From an uncultured Chloroflexia bacterium (GTDB lineage: Bacteria; Chloroflexota; Ktedonobacteria; Ktedonobacterales; JADMIN01): 32,000 nucleotides of DNA. The notes under the pieces are model-generated. The model searched no databases, was not told the origin of the DNA, and saw only the letters and a list, made by a program, of their open reading frames with translations. The position numbers and the translations under genes were made by a program. Of this stretch, positions 25,868 through 32,000 are shown one piece after another (within the stretch, counting starts at the first letter, position 1; every line of letters starts with the position of its first letter). Where the stretch lies: contig CAVRAI010000013.1 of NCBI GenBank assembly GCA_963718915.1, positions 450,001 through 482,000 on the forward strand. The letters run 5' to 3'.

Positions 25868-26752
25868 TTACCCGTTGCGCTTCAGCTTGCCAGTGCGCTT
25901 GGCGTAGCGCTCCGCCAGGTGGAAGATGAACTGACCGACCGGAATGCTCACCAGTGCGCAGATCAGCAGCGGCCAGATGTCACCCCAGGCGTTATATGGC
26001 TTTTGTTGCACCATCAACGCGCCGCGCAGCCCATTGAGCACATAGGTCGCGGGTGAGATCACCGAGAGCGCCTGCAAGAACCCCGGCAACACCGAGATCG
26101 AATAGTAGACGCCCGAGACCAGCAGGATGACTGCGCGGATGATATAGGCCATCTGCGCGCCACGCTCGGTATAGAGCATCGGTAAGACGGCGGCCATCGT
26201 GCCAAAGCCAATGAACGAGAAGCTGCCGACCGCCAGCACTAGCAGCGCCAGGGGCCAGTTCGCTTGCGAGAGATCCAGGTGGAAGAACAGCGCCATAATG
26301 CCAAGCTGCAGGGCAGTCATGACGATGCCGTGGATCAGGGCATAGGCGCAGGCGCCAAACATATGCGTCACACGCGAGACGGGCGCCATGAAGGTGTACT
26401 CGATAGTGCCTTCCCAACGCTCCATCGTGACGGTCTCGGTGACGCTGTCAAAGACGACCGACAGGAACGTCCAGACGGCGGTGCCGATGGCGAGATACAG
26501 GATAAGATTGTTCAGTTCCGCCGCGCCGATTTTCCCACCGGAGGCGGCCTGCGCGCTCGGCGCGATGAAGGTAACACTGAGCGCGTTGACGACATTATAG
26601 GTGATCCAGACCAGTTCCCACGCCCAGTAGCGTTTGGTCAGATACCAGTTACGCTCGACAAACGCGAAGCCCTTATTGACCTCGTTACCTGCCGAACGCG
26701 CCGCCTTGCGGGCGGTATTCTGAAAGCTTCGTTCTCGTGCCAGACCAATCAT
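25868..26752 (-). CDS. ABC-2 type transporter permease
   Basis: About six predicted hydrophobic segments. The N-terminus NWYLTKRYWAWELVWITYNVVNALSVTF is typical of ABC-2 permeases. It lies 5 nt downstream of the ATPase gene. Confidence 0.8.
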   Translation of the reverse strand: MIGLARERSFQNTARKAARSAGNEVNKGFAFVERNWYLTKRYWAWELVWITYNVVNALSVTFIAPSAQAASGGKIGAAELNNLILYLAIGTAVWTFLSVVFDSVTETVTMERWEGTIEYTFMAPVSRVTHMFGACAYALIHGIVMTALQLGIMALFFHLDLSQANWPLALLVLAVGSFSFIGFGTMAAVLPMLYTERGAQMAYIIRAVILLVSGVYYSISVLPGFLQALSVISPATYVLNGLRGALMVQQKPYNAWGDIWPLLICALVSIPVGQFIFHLAERYAKRTGKLKRNG

Positions 26753-26757
26753 ACCGG

Positions 26758-27777
26758 CTATTTGCCCTCCTGGACGCCATGCTCGTCGATCGCGTCAGTC
26801 TCATTGATCTCATCAGTCTCGTTGTCATCATCCTCTTCATCGTCGGCTTCGTCTTCTTCCCAGTCACGTCCGGTGTAGGCGAGGAAGACCTCCGTCAGCG
26901 TCGCCGGATGATCCAGGCCCAAGCGCGCGGCGACATCCAGCTTGAGTTGTTCGGGCGTTCCCTGAGCCACAATGCGCCCGCCGTCGATGATGGCGATCTG
27001 GTCGCAAAGGGCGTCCGCCTCGTCCATATCGTGGGTGGTCAACAGGATAGTGGCGTCATGGGTATCACGTAGCTCGCGGATGAACACCTGCACGTCCTGC
27101 TTGGAGCGCGGATCGAGTCCGGTGGTCGGCTCGTCCAGCAGCAACAAAATCGGCGCGGTCAGGAACGCGCGGGCAATAGCCACTTTCTGCTGCATCCCAC
27201 GCGACATATTCTCAAGCGGCTGTGAAATGCGGTCGCGTTTGATGCCAAGGCGTGTCAGAATCTCGACAATCATTGGGCGCGCCTGGCGGGCAGTCATTCC
27301 GTAGAGCCGTGCGGAGTAGAGCAAGTTTTCCATCGGGCTGAGCTTGCGGAAGAACGCCGCCTCGACGCTGACCCGGTTGATAAGCCGCTGCACCTTGCGC
27401 TCCTCGCGCCCGACATCGTGGCCGAAGACCTCGATTTTGCCCTCATCGGCCAGCAGCAACGTTGAAATGAGGCGGATCAGGGTGGACTTGCCCGATCCGT
27501 TCGAGCCGAGCACGCCGAAGATTTCGCGCCGGTGGATCGTCAGCGTCACGTCGTCTACGGCACGGACGATCTTCGCGCTTTTGCGCTTGTTGGCGCCGCG
27601 CGTGAGCCAGCGCGGGCGACCGCTTTTGACGAACCGCTTCGAGACTGCCATAACATGCAGCGCATCGTACCCATCCAGGCTGGCTAGCTCAGCCGATGTG
27701 AGTATGCCTGGACGGCGTAACGATTCTGGGGGAGTAGTTTCCTCATGGAGCGACGATGGCGAACTGGTGAGAGACAA
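26758..27777 (-). CDS. ABC transporter ATP-binding protein with an acidic C-terminal tail
   Basis: TTG start at 27777 with AGGAGG 5 nt upstream. Walker A GSNGSGKST. Signature MSRGMQQKVAIA. Walker B ILLLDEPTTGLD. The tail is DWEEDEADDEEDDDNETDEINETD. Confidence 0.9.
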   Translation of the reverse strand: MSLTSSPSSLHEETTPPESLRRPGILTSAELASLDGYDALHVMAVSKRFVKSGRPRWLTRGANKRKSAKIVRAVDDVTLTIHRREIFGVLGSNGSGKSTLIRLISTLLLADEGKIEVFGHDVGREERKVQRLINRVSVEAAFFRKLSPMENLLYSARLYGMTARQARPMIVEILTRLGIKRDRISQPLENMSRGMQQKVAIARAFLTAPILLLLDEPTTGLDPRSKQDVQVFIRELRDTHDATILLTTHDMDEADALCDQIAIIDGGRIVAQGTPEQLKLDVAARLGLDHPATLTEVFLAYTGRDWEEDEADDEEDDDNETDEINETDAIDEHGVQEGK

Positions 27778-28010
27778 GGTTACCTCCTGACCTCAGAGCG
27801 GCGCCTGATGTGACGCGCGGCGAGAGACGTAATGTGAATGGGCGGAATGGCGCAAGGCAAGCACTAGCGCAAGCACAGGCGCGAAAACTGGCCGAAAAAG
27901 GGCGACGAAGGCCCACAAAGACGGCAATGACTCCACAGGCGGACAGCAGCGATGGTATGAGTGATGCCGCGGGCTGGTGGCGCCCGCTGCTTTCGGGGGA
28001 ACCCGACGAC

Positions 28011-28199
28011 CTAGCGGGTACGCGCTCGCGGCGCGCGGAGTCGTGTGAACACGATGACACCGACTCCGGAATTCTCGCGGAAGCCACCGATTCCGGTATC
28101 CAGTACCGCGAAAACCTGGCCTCCGATGAAGGAAGGCGCCATGGTCGCAGCCTGGCGGCAGAAGGGGCTACCGCTCATGCTCATGCTGCTGTTCCACAT
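28011..28199 (-). CDS. hypothetical small protein (62 aa)
   Basis: ATG at 28199 is preceded by GAGGAGG with a 6-nt spacer. About 74% G/C at third codon positions by my count, higher than the competing plus-strand ORF. I recognised no family. Confidence 0.4.
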   Translation of the reverse strand: MWNSSMSMSGSPFCRQAATMAPSFIGGQVFAVLDTGIGGFRENSGVGVIVFTRLRAPRARTR

Positions 28200-28507
28200 C
28201 ACGCACCTCCTCAGTAACACCTGGGATACTTGTCCATACCGGACACGCCCTAGCCAGTATAAAGTCCGGCAGTAATTGGTGTCAAGACGGCTCGCGCAGA
28301 TATCTGACTGACCTGCCCCAAGGGAGAGGCTACGACCAGCCAGCGGGAGCGCCCGGCCAACGCCTCATGCGGTAGCATGTCGTCATATGAACTTGAATGC
28401 TGCCGGGCAACCGGTGGCGTCACCATCCGTCCATACACTTGACGGCTCGCACCTACGCATGGCACAGTCTGGAGTGCGCCGCTTGCTCAGCGCAGCGCGC
28501 ATTCTAT

Positions 28508-28602
28508 GGAGGTGTACGGGTCCCGGTGGGCCTCGCAGTCTTCAAAACTGTTGCACGGGCGCTCGCGCGTTCGTGGGTGGGTTCGACTCCCATACGCCTC
28601 TG
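28508..28602 (+). tRNA. selC: tRNA-Sec (anticodon UCA)
   Basis: Folded by hand:
- acceptor GGAGGTGT / ACGCCTCT, 8 bp with 2 G-U pairs
- 2-nt spacer
- D stem GGGTCC/GGGCCT, 6 bp, with 4-nt loop CGGT
- anticodon stem GCAGT/ACTGT with loop CTTCAAA (anticodon TCA at 28542-28544)
- 25-nt variable arm hairpin
- T arm GTGGG-TTCGACT-CCCAT

This is the 8/5 bacterial tRNA-Sec architecture. The anticodon loop is identical to E. coli selC as I recall it. No encoded CCA. Confidence 0.9.
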
Positions 28603-28704
28603 CCCCTGATTATCCCGCTCGTTTCCCGGTTTCCTCGCGGTCTCCTCGCCCCAATTTCCCCTTACGCAGCATAATTGGCAGCATATCCACAAAACCATTG
28701 CCTC

Positions 28705-29064
28705 TCACGCCCGTTTGCTTTCACCCTTCTCACTTCTCTTCAATATTAGAGCTAATGTTCTATGTCCATAGAGCAATTGCGCCATCACGGTAACGGCATC
28801 CTGTTGCATATCTGGCAGCACATGCGAATAGATGTCCAGCGTGATGGCGATGGTCGAGTGACCCAGCATCTCACTCACCGCCTTCGGGTTCACTCTGGCC
28901 GATAGCGCCAGCGTGGCGCAGGTGTGCCGCAGATCGTGAAAGCCTATCGTCGGCAGTCTGCCCTTGCGCAGTATCCGCGTAAAGGTGCTACGTACAGCGC
29001 TACTAGGTATGTACGGCCCACCCAATCTCGTTGCGGAAGACCAGCTCGTTCCACTTCTCCCCTT
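28705..29064 (-). pseudogene. tyrosine recombinase/phage integrase, C-terminal catalytic fragment (internally frameshifted)
   Basis: RLPTIGFHDLRHTCATLALSARVNPKAVSEMLGHSTIAITLDIYSHV contains the conserved HxLRH and Y-containing boxes. Upstream, WEGEKWNELVFRNEIG lies in a different frame, with the shift near 29005-29015. Confidence 0.85.
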
Positions 29065-30086
29065 CCCACACATTAAAGGCTGTATACAAAGGGTTCTTTT
29101 CCGGGTTCACGCCACGTGGCGATAATGGAAGGCCGGTTGGATCTGCTCATGGGCCAAGCGTTTAAGCATCAGACGCAGCATGCACAGGTAAACCCACGTC
29201 TCACTGGTGGTGGGCAGGAACTCGTAATCCTTGCTCATCCGGCGGTTGCGCCCGATCCAGGCGAAGGTGCGCTCGACCACCCAGCGTCGTGGCAGCAGGT
29301 GGAAACCAGGGAGTCGGATCGGCGGCGTTTGGTCGGCCCGCAGCCACTGGCCGCGGCCTCCCGGCCGGACCACAATCGTCACGCGCCAGCCGAAGGTCTC
29401 CCAGACCCAGCTTTGCAGCGGCCCCACGTAGGCGCTGTCCGCCCAGATCCGTTCCAGGCGCGGCAGCGCGGGCTGGAGCTGCTGAAGCAGCCAGGGCGCA
29501 CTGGCGCGGTCCTGAATATTGGCGGGATGGACCACCACGCCGAGCACCAACCCAAGCGTATCGACCAGCAGATGCCGTTTGCGGCCCGAGAGCTTCTTGG
29601 CCCCATCGTAACCATGGGGACCGCCACGTTCGGTCGTCTTGACCGATTGGCTATCCAGAATGGCCGCGCTCGGGGTCGGCTGCCGTCCGCTCTGCTGGCG
29701 CACCCGTTCCCGAAAGGTCGTGTGGATCTGCTCCCACGCCCCGCTCAGACGCCACCGACGGAAATAGGCATAGATTGTGGACCACGGGCCGTACTCGCGC
29801 GGGAGCATGCGCCACTGACAGCCACTGCGGAGTACATGGAAGATCCCATTGAGCACCTTCCGCAGGTTCACCGAACGCGGACGTCCGCCCGGCTTGGCCG
29901 GAGGCAGCAACGGCTCGAGGATGGCCCATTCACGGTCGCTGAGGTCCGAAGGGTAGGAGAGGGAGGCACTCTCAGGCATAGCACACCTCCTTGCGCTCGT
30001 CCGTTCACTGATGCCCCTACCCTACCGCACTTTTGGGGACATGACGAGGGTTGCCTCCGGGCTTGGCGACTTTGTATACAGCCTTT
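29065..30086 (-). mobile_element. IS5-family insertion sequence (about 1.02 kb) inserted into the integrase gene
   Basis: Perfect 17-bp terminal inverted repeats AAAGGCTGTATACAAAG at 29065-29081 and, as the reverse complement, at 30070-30086. They enclose a single DDE transposase ORF. I saw no clear target-site duplication by eye. Confidence 0.85.
29107..29979 (-). CDS. IS5-family DDE transposase (DUF4096 N-terminal domain plus DDE_Tnp_1-like domain)
   Basis: [73 protein letters not shown], then DSQSVKT...[27 protein letters not shown], and [18 protein letters not shown]. These are typical IS5/IS4-like blocks. Confidence 0.9.
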
Positions 30087-30512
30087 GCCCGCTTTAAGCC
30101 GTTCGGCGAGCTGCCGCGTCCGGTGCGCGCGGAGCGCCTCAATGGTCTGCGGTGCGAGCGCGATCCGTCGCCGCGATTTGAGCGTCTTGGGCTGCCTGAG
30201 ATGGAACGCACCATCCCGATGTCGCAGACTCCAGCGAACATACACCGCGCCCTCGTCGAAGTCCACATCCGGCCAATGCAGCGCCAAGAGTTCCCCTTAT
30301 CGCATATCCGTCGCCAACGCGACCACGTAGAGCGCTTCAAGTCGCTCGCCTGCCGCCGCTTCCAGAAAAGTTCGCGCCTGCTCTCTGGTCAGCGGTTTGA
30401 TCTCAAAGTGCCGTTTACGTGGGACATCCACGTATTCACTGACGTTGCGCGTCCCCTGCCCGCTCACAGGCTGCGTAGTGGACTCGACCCTGCCAGCTGG
30501 ACAGGTCGCCAT
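30087..30512 (-). pseudogene. tyrosine recombinase/phage integrase, central fragment (N-terminally truncated, with an in-frame TAA)
   Basis: KPLTREQARTFLEAAAGERLEALYVVALATDMR-TAA(30297-30299)-GELLALHWPDVDFDEGAVYVRWSL...PKTLKSRRRIALAPQTIEALRAHRTRQLAERLKAGK runs directly into the IS terminal repeat. The roughly 100-aa N-terminal core-binding region is missing. Confidence 0.8.
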
Positions 30513-30681
30513 GACTGTACACTACGGCCCGTATGCGGGGCTGGCGGCGGCGCATCAAGCCGTCATTGACTGGTGCGCCGCGCAGGGGAAACAGCGAGTC
30601 GGAACGCGGTGGGAAGTCTACGGCCCACACAATGACGATCCCGCCAAGGCGTGGACGGAGATCTACTACTTGTTCAGGTGA
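30511..30681 (+). pseudogene. C-terminal fragment of a GyrI-like small-molecule-binding domain protein
   Basis: MTVHYGPYAGLAAAHQAVIDWCAAQGKQRVGTRWEVYGPHNDDPAKAWTEIYYLF matches the C-terminal half of GyrI-like/AraC-effector-binding domains. No N-terminal half is present upstream. Confidence 0.55.
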
Positions 30682-30812
30682 CTTGTTCACGTGACCCCGT
30701 GCGGTGTGCCAGCCTGATCCATGGCAAACGTGGCCACACGGTTTCCGACCATCGTCGTCCTATTTACCCTCTTCACCCCCGACCACCTATTACGTTGCAT
30801 CGCAACGAACGC

Positions 30813-30834
30813 CGCTCACCTCACCCGGTGAGCG
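30813..30834 (-). terminator. candidate hairpin terminator downstream of the DUF6510 gene
   Basis: 8-bp stem CGCTCACC / GGTGAGCG with a 6-nt loop. The T tract on the minus strand is weak (GGCGTTCGTT). Confidence 0.3.
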
Positions 30835-30885
30835 CTGTGCCCGCCGTCCATCATCATGAGGATTGAACGACTGAAACGACACGCA

Positions 30886-31170
30886 TCACGCCGTTACTGA
30901 GGCCTGCACCGTCTCCTCACTGATCTGCAGGACGCGGACGCCCTGCATGTCCAGCAAATAGCGCCCGTTCGCATGCGCCACACGCATGAGCACATAGTCG
31001 CAGGAAGGGCAGCGCAGCACCGTCCCCATCCCATGCATATACGCAGCCAGTGCGCCGATAGCATTCGTGGCGCCACAGCCGACGCAGGTGGTCTGGGCCA
31101 GTGTCATCTCGAACGGAAAGATCTCACGCAGCACGCCACCGGCCACGTTGCCGTCTAGTTTGTTCTCCAT
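30886..31170 (-). CDS. DUF6510-like small zinc-binding protein
   Basis: The ATG at 31170 overlaps the upstream TGA by 1 nt, with AGGAGG 6 nt upstream. LDGNVAGGVLREIFPFEMTLAQTTCVGCGATNAIGALAAYMHGMGTVLRCPSCDYVLMRV matches my memory of DUF6510 proteins, which pair with ferredoxin-reductase genes. Confidence 0.7.
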   Translation of the reverse strand: MENKLDGNVAGGVLREIFPFEMTLAQTTCVGCGATNAIGALAAYMHGMGTVLRCPSCDYVLMRVAHANGRYLLDMQGVRVLQISEETVQASVTA

Positions 31171-31973
31171 CACGCCCCTCCTGGCTCTCCTGGCTCTCCC
31201 GATGCTTCCGACTCCCCTGAATCTCCCGTTGGTCCAAACCGCTCGGTCTTGATGCGCGCTGGCTCATGTCCCAGCGCCACAAGGCTCGCCGCTGCGGTCT
31301 CGACAAACGGTGTTGGGCCACAGATGAACGCCAGCGGCGGCTCATCGAGAGGCCAGGCCACCTCGCGCAGCATCTGGCCATCGATCCGGCGATGATAGCC
31401 CGTCCACCCGACCGGTTGCGCTCGTGTCAGGGTATGTATCACCTCAAGTCCCGCGCCGCTGCCTACCAGCTGATCGAGCTCGGCGCGGTAGATGATCTCG
31501 TCATAGGACCGCGACGAGTAGAGCAGGCGCGTCGGCACGGCGCTGCCCACGGCGGCGCGCTGGCGGATCATCGCCATCAGCGGCACAATCCCCGACCCCC
31601 CAGCCACCAGCAACAGCGGCCCACCAATATTGGCCTCCCAGACGAAGTAGCCACCAATCGGCCCGCGCAGTTCGAGTTTGTCGCCAACCCGCAGTTCGTC
31701 GACCAGGTAGGGTGACACCTCGCCATCATCCAGCCGTTCGACGGTCAGCGTGACACGCGGCGCCTCCGCAGGCGGCGAGGCAATCGAATAACTACGCTCC
31801 GCCTGATAGCCATCCTCTGCGGTCAGGCGCACGTCAACATGCTGCCCCGCACGATGTCCACTCCAGTTCGGAACCGCCACGGTAATGCTTTTGGCCCGTG
31901 CCGTTTCCTCGCGTGAGGTCACCACGTCGCCGAGTTGCCAGATTAATCGCCCTGGTAGCGCTCTTCTTTCCAT
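31170..31973 (-). CDS. ferredoxin-NADP reductase-like FAD/NAD(P)-binding oxidoreductase
   Basis: FAD-binding motif RSYSIAS. NAD-binding motif LLLVAGGSGIVPLMAMI. C-terminal FICGPTPFVE. Confidence 0.85.
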   Translation of the reverse strand: MERRALPGRLIWQLGDVVTSREETARAKSITVAVPNWSGHRAGQHVDVRLTAEDGYQAERSYSIASPPAEAPRVTLTVERLDDGEVSPYLVDELRVGDKLELRGPIGGYFVWEANIGGPLLLVAGGSGIVPLMAMIRQRAAVGSAVPTRLLYSSRSYDEIIYRAELDQLVGSGAGLEVIHTLTRAQPVGWTGYHRRIDGQMLREVAWPLDEPPLAFICGPTPFVETAAASLVALGHEPARIKTERFGPTGDSGESEASGEPGEPGGA

Positions 31974-32000
31974 GGGTTCCCGTGGTTGTTATAGCCAAGC

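Noticed and set aside
27810-28217. 135-aa plus-strand ORF between the ABC operon and selC
   Set aside because: The product is Arg-rich and low-complexity, third-position GC is only about 55% by my count, and there is no SD. The overlapping minus-strand 62-aa ORF has better coding signals. The region may also be simply non-coding.
29116-30330. 404-aa plus-strand ORF across the IS element
   Set aside because: It is antisense to the well-supported IS5-family transposase and crosses the IS terminal repeat. It has no recognisable motifs.
30471-30500. Possible attR-type direct repeat of the selC 3' end near the integrase/GyrI junction
   Set aside because: Only a TCGAC core is shared with the tRNA T-loop region. 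The match is too short and imperfect to call.

Overview
This window reads as a roughly 60% GC genome (estimated by eye), with a gene repertoire typical of a monoderm bacterium such as Chloroflexota or Actinomycetota. I had no database search, so every family call rests on motifs I recognised in the translations.

**nt 1-16675: contractile injection system (CIS/eCIS, Afp/PVC type).** This is one co-directional phage-tail-like locus. In order it encodes:
- AAA+ ATPase
- DUF4255 cap/terminator
- sheath
- tube
- two small overlapping ORFs
- second tube
- proline-rich DUF4157/HExxH protein
- LysM tube-initiator
- VgrG-like spike
- PAAR
- gp25
- baseplate J
- gpI/Afp12-like wedge

No capsid, portal, terminase, lysis or tail-fibre genes are visible.

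**Most unusual feature.** The last baseplate gene carries an N-terminal FHA domain. It is translationally coupled (TGATG) to a Hanks-type Ser/Thr kinase with this layout: FHA domain, two beta-sandwich repeats, one TM helix, then an ectodomain. This suggests a phosphothreonine switch or membrane tether built into the CIS. The kinase ORF is split by a single-base frameshift.

**nt 17000-27800: housekeeping and envelope genes.**
- membrane double zinc-ribbon protein
- pncA-nrtR operon
- GH3 NagZ-like enzyme
- upp
- MarR regulator
- LCP protein
- ABC-2 exporter

**nt 28508-30681: decayed integration site.** A tRNA-Sec (selC) gene is followed by the wreck of an integrated element. The tyrosine integrase has lost its N-terminus, carries a nonsense codon and a frameshift, and is split by an IS5-family insertion sequence. 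It abuts a truncated GyrI-like gene fragment.

**Right end.** The window ends with a DUF6510 gene coupled to a ferredoxin-reductase-like gene.

**Frameshifts.** Four apparent single-base deletions occur at short homopolymers. They are either assembly errors or real gene decay.
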